A DNA stretch of 64,000 nt from Candidatus Yanofskybacteria bacterium RIFCSPLOWO2_01_FULL_42_49 (lineage in GTDB: Bacteria; Patescibacteriota; Minisyncoccia; 2-02-FULL-40-12; GWA2-44-9), in the NCBI GenBank assembly GCA_001795615.1, contig MGKI01000014.1:5380-69379 (forward strand), written 5' to 3'. The position numbers and the translations under genes are program-made. This document shows, one piece after another, positions 46,367-55,836 of this stretch; the first letter of the stretch is position 1, and each line of letters opens with the position of its first letter. Under the pieces are notes generated by a model, which was not told where the DNA came from, did no database searches, and saw only the letters and a list, made by a program, of their open reading frames with translations.

Positions 46367-47563
46367 ATGATTTATAGATACCCTCTAGCTGACGATACTG
46401 TAACCAAGGATGATCGAGAGGCCTTGGCTCAGTGGATCTTGGAAGATCCGTCTCCACGTTTTACAATGGGACCGCTGGTAAGGCAATATGAGGAAAAATG
46501 GTCTAACTGGCTGGGAAGACGGTATTCTGTATCTTGTAACTCGGGTTCATCGGCAAACTTGCTGATGTATTATGCCCTGCTTCGTTCAAGCCGGTTGAAA
46601 AACAAAAAAGTCATCGTACCCAGCGCCGCTTGGGTTACCACCATAGCACCTGCTATTCAGTTGGGGTTTGAACCGATAATGTGCGATGCCGACTATGATA
46701 CATGGGCGCTTAATCGAAGACATTTGAGACAACTGCTTGAAGAACACCATCCCGGAACCGTAACATTGGTTCAGGTTCTCGGAGTTCCCCATAATATGGG
46801 TGACCTGATGGAGTTAAAAAATAAATACGGATTTTTTCTTCTTGAAGACTCTTGCGCCGCAATGGGTTCATCATACCATGGAAAAAAGGTCGGAACATTT
46901 GGCGACATGGCTTCAATGTCAACCTACTATGGACACCAGTTTTCTACTATAGAAGGCGGTTTTGTTTCAACAGACGATAAAGACTTATCCGACATGCTCG
47001 TGATGCTAAGAAGCCACGGCTGGGTGGCTCATCTTGACCCGGAAACCAGAGCTGGAATGCTCAAGAAATATGAAATAGAAGATATCGGAACTAATTTCGT
47101 TTTCTGTGAACCGGGGTTTAACTTCCGACTGACCGATCTTCAGGCATTTATCGGTATGCGGCAATTAAACAGAATGAACTGGCTGGTTGAAAGAAGATCT
47201 GAAAATCACCGCCTTTACAAGCAACTTCTTGGTAGTCGGTTTATAACACAGGCCTACGACGACAAGACAACTGTCTGCAGTATCCATTTTTGCGCGTTAG
47301 CGGCTAATTACGAAGAAAGAAATTATATTATTAAGATGCTTGAAAACGAGAGCATAGAAACGCGGCCCTTTACTTCGGGCAACCAGGGACTACAGCCGTA
47401 TTGGTTCAGAGAATATGGAAAATTTTCCTCTTCTATGGCCAATAAACTTTATCATTGCGGGTTTTTTCTGCCCAATCATCCGTATCTTAAAAAAGAAGAT
47501 ATCGAGTTTATCTGTTCGGTAGCGACCAAAGCGGTTCAAGACTTCCGAAAAAGAGGAAAATAA
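46367..47563 (+). CDS. DegT/DnrJ/EryC1 family PLP/PMP enzyme with His replacing the Schiff-base Lys (ColD/E1-like sugar 3-dehydratase)
   Basis: Family fold throughout. The active-site block STYYGHQFSTIEGG aligns to SFHAIKNITCAEGG with His at the Lys position. That substitution is the hallmark of GDP-4-keto-6-deoxymannose 3-dehydratase (ColD) and CDP-sugar E1 dehydratases. Confidence 0.6.
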   Translation: MIYRYPLADDTVTKDDREALAQWILEDPSPRFTMGPLVRQYEEKWSNWLGRRYSVSCNSGSSANLLMYYALLRSSRLKNKKVIVPSAAWVTTIAPAIQLGFEPIMCDADYDTWALNRRHLRQLLEEHHPGTVTLVQVLGVPHNMGDLMELKNKYGFFLLEDSCAAMGSSYHGKKVGTFGDMASMSTYYGHQFSTIEGGFVSTDDKDLSDMLVMLRSHGWVAHLDPETRAGMLKKYEIEDIGTNFVFCEPGFNFRLTDLQAFIGMRQLNRMNWLVERRSENHRLYKQLLGSRFITQAYDDKTTVCSIHFCALAANYEERNYIIKMLENESIETRPFTSGNQGLQPYWFREYGKFSSSMANKLYHCGFFLPNHPYLKKEDIEFICSVATKAVQDFRKRGK

Positions 47564-48511
47564 ATGGCAAAAATCCTTGTGACTGGTGCGGCAGGATATA
47601 TCGGTTCAATTCTTGTTCCCATGCTTTTACGAGAAAGCCACGAAGTTGTTGTTTTGGATAACTTCATGTATAGACAAAACTCTCTGCTCGATTGTTGCAA
47701 TGACAAGAGATTGGTCATCATACGAGGTGACACCAGAGACGAGAAGCTGGTCGATAAAATCTTTAGAGACTACCCCCTTGATTATGTGTTTCCCCTCGCG
47801 GCCATAGTAGGAGCCCCGGCTTGCGACAAAGATCCGATAAGTTCCACGACAACAAATGTTGGCGGGGTAATGGAGGTTTCGCAAAGATGGATCGGGGCGC
47901 GAACCCCGCGAATAATTTTCCCAAACACCAATAGTGGCTACGGCATAGGCCAAGAAGGCGTTTATTGCACAGAAGATAGTCCGCTTAATCCGATATCTCT
48001 TTATGGCCGCCAGAAGGTTGAGGCGGAAAAATCTGTCTTGGAAATCGGCAACACGATCGTGTTGCGGTTAGCCACCGTATTCGGCGTTAGTCCAAGAATG
48101 CGTCTTGACCTTCTAGTCAACGACTTCGTCCATAGAGCCATGAACGATCATTATGTTGTCCTCTTTGAGCCGCACTTCAAAAGAAATTATATTCATGTCC
48201 GAGATGTGGCCAGGGCATTTATTCATTGCATGGAAAACTTTGACACGATGAAAAACCAGGTCTACAATCTTGGTTTAAGTGACGCAAATCTAAGCAAGTG
48301 GGAACTTTGCGAAGAGATACAAAAACAGGTGCCAAATTTCTACTTTATCGAAGCAAAAATAGGCGAAGATCCGGATAAACGCAACTACATTGTCAGCAAC
48401 GCAAAAATAGAAGCAACCGGATTTCGTCCCCGTTTTTCTCTACAAGACGGAATTGCTGAGTTGATAAGAGGCTACCGAATCATAAGGAAAAGTGAATTTT
48501 CTAACCTATAG
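47564..48511 (+). CDS. NAD-dependent epimerase/dehydratase family protein (extended SDR)
   Basis: ILVTGAAGYIGS Rossmann motif; SLYGRQK catalytic YxxxK. Confidence 0.75.
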   Translation: MAKILVTGAAGYIGSILVPMLLRESHEVVVLDNFMYRQNSLLDCCNDKRLVIIRGDTRDEKLVDKIFRDYPLDYVFPLAAIVGAPACDKDPISSTTTNVGGVMEVSQRWIGARTPRIIFPNTNSGYGIGQEGVYCTEDSPLNPISLYGRQKVEAEKSVLEIGNTIVLRLATVFGVSPRMRLDLLVNDFVHRAMNDHYVVLFEPHFKRNYIHVRDVARAFIHCMENFDTMKNQVYNLGLSDANLSKWELCEEIQKQVPNFYFIEAKIGEDPDKRNYIVSNAKIEATGFRPRFSLQDGIAELIRGYRIIRKSEFSNL

Positions 48512-48538
48512 AGAGCAAGAAGCTCTCTATTTTTATTT

Positions 48539-49036
48539 TTATTTAGCGGATCTTATTTTCTCAATAATTTTTGAGGTTGAAATATTTGCAAATTTTGGAG
48601 GACAAAAACGCTCAAGAACGATAATTGTAACCCCGTACTTTCTGGCTAGATTTTTTCTGTAAGGAATATCGAAGGCATCTTGGTTTATAATATATGCATC
48701 GGGTTTTAATTTTTTAAAAGTTTCTTCAATTATATCAAGGGGGTGGTTATCCTTTTTGCTTTCATCTAAAAAACAATAGTCTACCGGTTTAATAGAATCA
48801 ATTAACTTTAACCTGATGTGTTGATTTAAAATTGGACGGTTCTTGCCTTTGTTTACTTTCAGTATGTAGTCGTTTCCGACTCCGACAACAAGAATATCTC
48901 CATATTTTTTGCAATCTTCAAAAAATAAAACATGCCCGGCATGGGTCAGGTCAAAAGAACCCGAACAGAAAACTATCTTCTCGTCCTTGTGTTGCTCCCT
49001 TATTAACTTGAGGCCGTTATAGTTTTTACAAATCAT
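48539..49036 (-). CDS. cytidylyltransferase-family nucleotidyltransferase (RfaE domain II / TagD-like)
   Basis: VFCSGSFDLTHAGHVLFFEDCKKYGDILVVGVGND (HxGH family). The start is placed at the internal ATG, avoiding overlap with the divergent Nudix gene. Confidence 0.6.
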   Translation of the reverse strand: MICKNYNGLKLIREQHKDEKIVFCSGSFDLTHAGHVLFFEDCKKYGDILVVGVGNDYILKVNKGKNRPILNQHIRLKLIDSIKPVDYCFLDESKKDNHPLDIIEETFKKLKPDAYIINQDAFDIPYRKNLARKYGVTIIVLERFCPPKFANISTSKIIEKIRSAK

Positions 49037-49106
49037 AGCCCCTATAATATACAGAAAATCATCTGACTTGACAAATACATAATTTAATAATACACATAAC
49101 AATAAA

Positions 49107-49715
49107 GTGGCGGTAAATTTTAAAAATAAGGAGAGCGTCTTGGAGGTGAAACCTTGGGAGAAAGTGGGCGAACCCAATACCATAATTCAAATACATGACA
49201 AGCGGATAGTTATGCGGAAATTTAAAAATCCACGCACCAATAAGGTGGAGGAGTTTTATCAGTTCGGAACCACGCCCTATGCTTGTATCATTCTGCCTTT
49301 AAACACTGACAACGAGGTTCTAGCTGTAAAACAATTTCGTCACGGAGCAGATAAAATTTTACTCGAACTTCCGGGTGGAAACCCCAAAACGCCGGAACAA
49401 ACACCCGAAGAAGTGGCGGAAGAAGAGCTGTTTGAAGAATCGTTGGGCCACAGAGCAGAAAAGATTATAAAATTAAACAGTGAACCGCTGTGGTTTAATC
49501 CGGCAACTTTCATTACGCCATTCCACGCATTTCTTGCCCTTGGCTGCCGCCAAACAGAAGAAAGTTTTAAATTAGATCAAGGGGAATATCTAGAGTTAAC
49601 CAAAATCCCCCTGAAAAAATGGCTTGCTATGTGCACCAGCGGTAAAATCGTTGATGCAAAATCAATGGCCGTAACGTTTTTAGCCCTTGATAACATCGGC
49701 CTAAAAATTACATAG
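49107..49715 (+). CDS. Nudix hydrolase family protein with degenerate Nudix box
   Basis: The Nudix box GGNPKTPEQTPEEVAEEELFEESLG has the REuxEE arginine replaced by Glu. It is a paralog of the 54389 Nudix. The start may be TTG at 49140, after AAGGAG. Confidence 0.6.
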   Translation: MAVNFKNKESVLEVKPWEKVGEPNTIIQIHDKRIVMRKFKNPRTNKVEEFYQFGTTPYACIILPLNTDNEVLAVKQFRHGADKILLELPGGNPKTPEQTPEEVAEEELFEESLGHRAEKIIKLNSEPLWFNPATFITPFHAFLALGCRQTEESFKLDQGEYLELTKIPLKKWLAMCTSGKIVDAKSMAVTFLALDNIGLKIT

Positions 49716-49770
49716 AACGGCCTCGAAACTGTCACGATAAAAACCCCGATTATGCGGGGCTTTTTAATAA

Positions 49771-51606
49771 TTAGCAATAAAAATAACCGAACCAATTGCC
49801 AATGCGTTCTACGACACTATCTACATCGAGTTTATTCCGTTCCCAAATTACGTCTCGGCCGCCAAGATCAAATATAAACGAGCCTGGTAAACCAATCCTC
49901 AAAAGTCGTTTCTTAATATTTAAGTCAGCAAACATTTCCGCAACTGACCCCCCAAGACCACTAGTTAAGTAGTCCTCCTCATAAGTAACAATTTTGTCTA
50001 CTGGCCATATCTTCTTATCCGTCAAAATATTGATGTCAATCGGCTTCAACCTGAATACATCAACAACGCCAACATCTAATCCCCATAAATCGCCGAGCCT
50101 GTTTGCGACATCTAGCGCCGGAAATACCGTAACTCCCGTTGCCAAAATATAGACATCAGTTCCAGTTTTTACGACTCCAAACCCCTTATCAAGATCTGGC
50201 AAATTGTCAGGAGAATAAATATCAGGCACATCTTTTCTATCAAAGCTCAAGTAAAGCGGTTTTTTAAAGCCGTCGGCGTAACTTGCCAAGGCCCTACCGG
50301 TTACGGCATCGGCAGGTTGAAAGATTGTGAGATTTGGCCAAATTTTCAAGCTGGCAATTGAACCTATAGCATGATGGGTTGGCCCCATTACACTGTATGA
50401 GAGACCGGCGCCGACACCTATAAGAACAATGGGCAAATTCATCGCGCACATATTTAACTTAACAAATTCCTGGCAACGGAAAGAAGTAAATGGAGCTATC
50501 GCCAATGCATAGGGTCTATAACCCTCCAGGGCCAACCCCGCAGACATACCAATCATTTGTTCTTCGGCAATGCCGACATTTACAAATTGCCCGGGCAGAT
50601 CGGCAAATTGAAACAACTTAAGGCCACCGTCATCAGCGCTTACAATCACATTCTTTTTGTTGTTCTTAAAAATAGGAAATAGGGTTTCAAAAAATTCATC
50701 GCGAATACTCGAAACCTTCATTGGCTGATCAGTAGCCTCGATTTGATAATTGGGTTTCGGGTTAGAACTTCCAAGGACAACACCGAGATCCCGTTCAAGC
50801 TGTTTAACCTCTTCGTTATTCGGCGTACGATTATGCCACAAACGCTGATCAGCCATAAAACCGCCTTTTCCTTTTACGGTCTCGGCGAGAATAGCCAAGG
50901 GCCTGGGGTCGGTACGATAACGAACATCATTAAATGCAGAAAATATCTCTTGAAACGAATGGCCGTCGATAACCCTGGTCTCAAATCCAAAAGCTCTTAG
51001 TTTATCCTCTACCGGATCCAGATATATATCCAACTGTGTTTCTCTGCTGTCATTGCGTCCTATTGTAAACAAGTGGTTTCTGTTAACAACCAAAACTAAT
51101 CTATTCATTAAAAGAGTACTGGCCGTTATCATTGCTTCCCAATTTGAACCTTCGCAGAGTTCTCCGTCTCCCGTCAAACACATCACCAACCAGTCAGATT
51201 TTTCGTTTTTTGCAACAAGAGCGCGACCGGTGGCAATAGGCAAACCGTGGCCCAAAGAACCAGTCAATATTTGAATACCGGGCGTATGCGGCTCCGAATG
51301 AACACCCAGAATACTGTCTTTGCCGGCAAAATTTTCCAACTCCTTATGAGAAAAGAATCCGACATCAGCCAAAACAGGATAAAGCCCGATGGCTGCCTGT
51401 CCTTCACTTAAGATAAACCTGTCCTGTTCCGACCATGTCGGATCAGTGGGGTTATATCTCAAAATTTTACCGTGATACAGGGCCACAAAAAGTTCCGCCA
51501 AAGAAAACCCGGTTGTCATGTGGCCAAATCCTTTGTTAACCGCCATTTTAGCTACCGTCTGCCTAACCCAGAGAGCTTTTTTCTTCAGTTCAGAATAATC
51601 ATTCAT
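49771..51606 (-). CDS. transketolase, fused N-terminal (TPP-binding) and C-terminal (pyrimidine-binding) halves
   Basis: N-terminal half HMTTGFSLAELFVALY...GSLGHGLPIATG...TGDGELCEG. C-terminal half GIAEEQMIGMSAGLALEG...GPTHH. Confidence 0.8.
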   Translation of the reverse strand: MNDYSELKKKALWVRQTVAKMAVNKGFGHMTTGFSLAELFVALYHGKILRYNPTDPTWSEQDRFILSEGQAAIGLYPVLADVGFFSHKELENFAGKDSILGVHSEPHTPGIQILTGSLGHGLPIATGRALVAKNEKSDWLVMCLTGDGELCEGSNWEAMITASTLLMNRLVLVVNRNHLFTIGRNDSRETQLDIYLDPVEDKLRAFGFETRVIDGHSFQEIFSAFNDVRYRTDPRPLAILAETVKGKGGFMADQRLWHNRTPNNEEVKQLERDLGVVLGSSNPKPNYQIEATDQPMKVSSIRDEFFETLFPIFKNNKKNVIVSADDGGLKLFQFADLPGQFVNVGIAEEQMIGMSAGLALEGYRPYALAIAPFTSFRCQEFVKLNMCAMNLPIVLIGVGAGLSYSVMGPTHHAIGSIASLKIWPNLTIFQPADAVTGRALASYADGFKKPLYLSFDRKDVPDIYSPDNLPDLDKGFGVVKTGTDVYILATGVTVFPALDVANRLGDLWGLDVGVVDVFRLKPIDINILTDKKIWPVDKIVTYEEDYLTSGLGGSVAEMFADLNIKKRLLRIGLPGSFIFDLGGRDVIWERNKLDVDSVVERIGNWFGYFYC

Positions 51607-51747
51607 AATTTCAATGACCTCTTGTTTTTAAGGATCTTCGTTATTTTGTATCATTAATTACAAATAAATACAATCGTCCACAACCAATGTATCGTGCCTA
51701 TTAATAACTAAAAACCGCTACTTAGGATAGCGGCTTGAAAATTAATA

Positions 51748-53277
51748 CTACGGCAGACCGATAGGCCTTAGGGCATATTTTCTTCCGGGTTTTTCTTTTG
51801 CCATATCAACTATATAACCGACGGCGGCTTGACCGAATAACTCTTCGGTTTTTGCAAGATAGGCTGGGTTGTTAAAATATCGATACCAGGCATCATCTCT
51901 AAACCACAGAACCTCTTCACCCGATAAATATTTAGTGGGCATTGGCAGACATTCCCAAGAATACTGAGAAAAACCTAACCATGAGTCCGGCAGTTTCAGG
52001 CCGTCGGCAACGGCTTTACTATATAAAGCCGTCCCGGGCAACGCCATGCAAGAATAAAAATTTGAGCTTGGAGTATCTAGGTCAACGGCTAAATTAAGTG
52101 TCTGCTGCATTGCGGCCAAATCATCATCCGGCAAACCAAAAATATAATTGGCAAGAACATGAATACCGGAGTTTTTAAGAACTCCCACCACATTATAAAT
52201 AGACTGCTGGTCAAACTTTTTATCAACGCTCATACGAGACTGGATATTCCCACCTTCTATTCCAAGACAAACCCAGTTGATGCCAGCACTTTTCAGGTCA
52301 TCCTGCATATTATTCACCGAATCAGGTCTTGCATAACACCAGATATTAAGACCGTATTTACGTTCAGCCAGCAATTTACAAATAGATGTAACATGGGCTT
52401 TGTGCTGAACAAAAAGCTCGTCCGCAAATTTGATGTTTTTTACTCCGTACCTCTGAACCAGCTGATCTATCCACCCAACAACAGCTCGTGGAGACCATTT
52501 TCTATAACTGTTGGTCTCTACAGATAAACCTTTGGCCAGCTCACCGCTCTTAAACGGTAACTGAATATTGCAAAAATCGCAGTGATATGGACAGCCAAGA
52601 GTCGTGTACATTGAAGCATAGGGCTGACGGATAGCTTCGTTATAATTGCAGTGCCAATCGTGAGCTTTATATAAAGACATCGGAAAAAGATCGTAGGCCA
52701 TACCGTTCATTTCATTATCTAGATCCCAAATTAATTGAGACCTTAGGCCTGAGAAAATAGGTTTGCCGTCTTCTCTGTACCATAAGTCTCCAACTTTCTT
52801 ATATTCGTTATCCCCGGCAATGATAGCTTCAATAAGTTCCGAAATACTAACCGGCCCTTCACCTTGACAGACAAAATCACAAACTTCCTCTCTTAGGGTT
52901 CTGGCCGGCAAAGCCACGACATGACCGCCAACCATAATTATGGGTATATTCGGTGATATTTGCTTAAGTATTCGACAAAATTCTCCTGCCGCGGGCATAG
53001 TTTGAGTTGTCGATGAGGGATTGTGCCCATAAACCACCATGGCCACAAGGCGTGGATTCATATCAGCAACATCACGAGCTGCTTGTTCCTGGCTATATCC
53101 TTGATACTCCAATGCATTTATATCCAGCAAGTTAACACTCTTACCTTTTGTCCTAAGGTACGAGGCAATAAGCCCCGCCCAAACTGGTGTTTCAATGGCT
53201 GTATATTGTGCCATCCGCTGATAAGCTTCCTTGCGGCCACCCGGATTGATGATGACCACATCTAATTGTTTAGCCAC
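51748..53277 (-). CDS. class B radical SAM enzyme (cobalamin-binding domain + radical SAM)
   Basis: B12-binding domain (IIMVGGHVVALP); radical SAM cluster CPYHCDFC. Confidence 0.8.
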   Translation of the reverse strand: MAKQLDVVIINPGGRKEAYQRMAQYTAIETPVWAGLIASYLRTKGKSVNLLDINALEYQGYSQEQAARDVADMNPRLVAMVVYGHNPSSTTQTMPAAGEFCRILKQISPNIPIIMVGGHVVALPARTLREEVCDFVCQGEGPVSISELIEAIIAGDNEYKKVGDLWYREDGKPIFSGLRSQLIWDLDNEMNGMAYDLFPMSLYKAHDWHCNYNEAIRQPYASMYTTLGCPYHCDFCNIQLPFKSGELAKGLSVETNSYRKWSPRAVVGWIDQLVQRYGVKNIKFADELFVQHKAHVTSICKLLAERKYGLNIWCYARPDSVNNMQDDLKSAGINWVCLGIEGGNIQSRMSVDKKFDQQSIYNVVGVLKNSGIHVLANYIFGLPDDDLAAMQQTLNLAVDLDTPSSNFYSCMALPGTALYSKAVADGLKLPDSWLGFSQYSWECLPMPTKYLSGEEVLWFRDDAWYRYFNNPAYLAKTEELFGQAAVGYIVDMAKEKPGRKYALRPIGLP

Positions 53278-53417
53278 GGACCCTCCGTTTTTAAAGGACT
53301 TACTAACTATTTCAGAAAACTTTAAAACAAAAAAACTAATTAATCAAGAATGAGCATTGACTACCTGAAAATTTTAATTTATATTGCTGCCAAGTTCGTT
53401 CATTAACAAGGGCAAAA

Positions 53418-54392
53418 ATGATTAAGAAAAAAGTGCTCATAACAGGCATCACAGGTTCATGCGGTAGCTATCTTGCTGACTATATTGTCAAATACCATCC
53501 CGAGTTTGAAATCCATGGTATCTCTCGCTGGCACAGTACTAGCACGCCTAGAAACTTATCTCAATCATTCAAGAACGTTAAAATGCATGAATGCGATCTG
53601 AACGATTTCAGTTCTACTCTTCGCGTGTTGAAAACGGCGCAACCTGATTTTATTTTTCATGTTGCCTCTCATGCCAATGTGCGTGCATCTTTCATTAATC
53701 CTATTGCTGTATTACAAAATAATATTATGTGTACGGCTAATTTATTCGAAGCACTGCGGCTAGCCGAGATTGATCCGCGAATACAGCTATGCAGTACATC
53801 GGAAGTTTACGGACAGGTTGACCCCAAAAATGTCCCTATCCGTGAAGATTGCCCGATGAATCCGGTAAGTCCTTATGCCGTATCAAAAACAACCCAGGAC
53901 CTTTTAGGTAATGCGTACTTCAAGGCTTATGGGATGAAGATCGTTAGAACGAGAATGTTCACATATATGAATCCTCGAAGAGAAGACCTTTTCATGACAT
54001 CGTTTTCTATGCAAGTAGCTCGCATTGAGGCCGGGATTCAAAAAGAACTTCTTCACGGCAATTTGGACTCCGTAAGAACCGTCATTGATATCCGGGACGC
54101 GATGGAAGCCTATTGGATGTCCCTACAGAAATGCCGGCCAGGAGAAGCATATAACATCGGTGGTACAACCAGTATTACGGTAGGAGATTTTCTAGAAACT
54201 CTTAAGCAACATGCAACCTGTCCTATTCCTTCCCGTTTGGATCCTGAATTATTACGACCGACAGATGTAACCTTGCAAATACCGGACACAACTAAATTCA
54301 CTTCTGAAACTGGCTGGAAACCACAACATAGCCTTGAAGACAGTACAGATTTTCTGTTGAGATACTGTCGTGAAAGAGTAAATCCGTTATGA
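53418..54392 (+). CDS. GDP-mannose 4,6-dehydratase / GDP-6-deoxy-D-mannose reductase (Rmd)-family extended SDR
   Basis: VLITGITGSCGSYLADY (cf [17 protein letters not shown]), STSEVYG, SPYAVSK. Confidence 0.7.
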   Translation: MIKKKVLITGITGSCGSYLADYIVKYHPEFEIHGISRWHSTSTPRNLSQSFKNVKMHECDLNDFSSTLRVLKTAQPDFIFHVASHANVRASFINPIAVLQNNIMCTANLFEALRLAEIDPRIQLCSTSEVYGQVDPKNVPIREDCPMNPVSPYAVSKTTQDLLGNAYFKAYGMKIVRTRMFTYMNPRREDLFMTSFSMQVARIEAGIQKELLHGNLDSVRTVIDIRDAMEAYWMSLQKCRPGEAYNIGGTTSITVGDFLETLKQHATCPIPSRLDPELLRPTDVTLQIPDTTKFTSETGWKPQHSLEDSTDFLLRYCRERVNPL

Positions 54393-54943
54393 TGAAACCT
54401 TGGCCAAGAATAGGCAGAATAGAGACTATCACCAACGAACGAGGCAGAAGCCTAAGAAGGGAAACATTTCAAAGTCCGATAAAAAAAGAGGAATTTATTA
54501 TCTTTAATAGCGACCAAGGAACCTCTGCGGTCGTAATGCCGATAACTGAAGACGATCATGTTTTAGTCATCAAACAATTCCGCGCCGGAGCAAACCATGT
54601 GCTTTTGGAGCTCCCCGGCGGAGGTAAAAACAAAGAAGACGCAACCTTTCTAGAAACTGCCAAGCGTGAGTTATTGGAAGAAACCGGTTACTTGTCAGAG
54701 GAAGTCGTTCCTTTGTCAGAGAATGAGATTTGGCAAGAACCTGTTATCTGTACAACCAGTTTTTATCCGTTTTTGGCGTTAAATTGCCGATATGTATCGC
54801 AACCGCAGCCGGATTCAAATTGTCTCGAAATGGTGAAGATTAAACTGGAAGAATGGCTGAGTATTATAGGCTGGGGGCTAGTTCAAGATAGTAAAAGTCT
54901 AGCCACGACTCTGATAGCTTTAAAACACATTAAACGCCTTTAG
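54389..54943 (+). CDS. Nudix hydrolase (sugar-nucleotide/ADP-ribose pyrophosphatase-like)
   Basis: Canonical Nudix box GGGKNKEDATFLETAKRELLEETGY. Confidence 0.75.
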   Translation: MMKPWPRIGRIETITNERGRSLRRETFQSPIKKEEFIIFNSDQGTSAVVMPITEDDHVLVIKQFRAGANHVLLELPGGGKNKEDATFLETAKRELLEETGYLSEEVVPLSENEIWQEPVICTTSFYPFLALNCRYVSQPQPDSNCLEMVKIKLEEWLSIIGWGLVQDSKSLATTLIALKHIKRL

Positions 54944-54955
54944 GCGTTTTTTGGT
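54927..54955 (+). terminator. intrinsic terminator overlapping the Nudix stop codon
   Basis: aaacgcc-ttta-ggcgttt followed by TTTTT. Confidence 0.55.
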
Positions 54956-55025
54956 TATTTTGACATAAATCACTCAGTATTATATTGTAGTAGCCAGCTA
55001 AAGTACTTTTAAAAAACGAGGAGAC

Positions 55026-55835
55026 ATGAATCTCGAACTGAAAGGAAGGTTGGCTTTAGTTACCGGTTCAACCCGCGGACTAGGCAAAGCCATTGCTGAA
55101 GCATTAGCGGCAGAAGGCGCCGACATTATCATAAATGGACGATGGAGTAAAACCGTCGGCAACGTTGCATACGAAATTGAACATAAATTCGGTCATAACA
55201 TTCACGTTTATCAATGCGCATGTGACGCAACTGACCCCAAAAAAATAAAAGAATTTTTTAGCGGAAAAATGCTCCAGATAGGCCACTTGGATATTCTGGT
55301 GAACAATATCGGCAACTTAGAAAAATTCGGAAATTTTTTCGAACTTGAAGATGAGAACTGGTTAAGATGCTACGACCTAACCTGCATGAGCGCGGTCCGC
55401 TTCACCAGAGAAGCCATACCATATCTTGAAAGATCCGGACGCGGAAGAATAATCAATATCTCGAGTTTGTCGTCGCATCAGCCGGGTAACTTTTCTCCCC
55501 ATTACTCTGCGGCAAAAGCGGCTATGAATAACTTGACTAAGCATTTAGCCAATGTTTTGGGAGGTAAAAATATTCTGGTAAATGCGGTCTGTCCCAGCAC
55601 TCTCTCGAGCGGAGGATGGGCTCAAAACATCATAGACAGATCGAGAAGAGACGGAATTACAACTGAACAGGCCGAACAACTGATGCGCAATGAAGACAAT
55701 AAAAAATCTCCCCTTGGCCGAATAGGCATGGCGGAAGATGTCGCAAATTTAGTGGTATACCTGGCCTCTGATAAAGCAAATTTCCTAACCGGACATATTT
55801 TTGATATTGACGGCGGAATTACAAGAGGGGTATGA
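55026..55835 (+). CDS. classical short-chain dehydrogenase/reductase (SDR)
   Basis: LALVTGSTRGLGKAIA (TGxxxGxG), NNIG, YSAAK (YxxxK). Confidence 0.8.
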   Translation: MNLELKGRLALVTGSTRGLGKAIAEALAAEGADIIINGRWSKTVGNVAYEIEHKFGHNIHVYQCACDATDPKKIKEFFSGKMLQIGHLDILVNNIGNLEKFGNFFELEDENWLRCYDLTCMSAVRFTREAIPYLERSGRGRIINISSLSSHQPGNFSPHYSAAKAAMNNLTKHLANVLGGKNILVNAVCPSTLSSGGWAQNIIDRSRRDGITTEQAEQLMRNEDNKKSPLGRIGMAEDVANLVVYLASDKANFLTGHIFDIDGGITRGV

Positions 55836-55836
55836 G

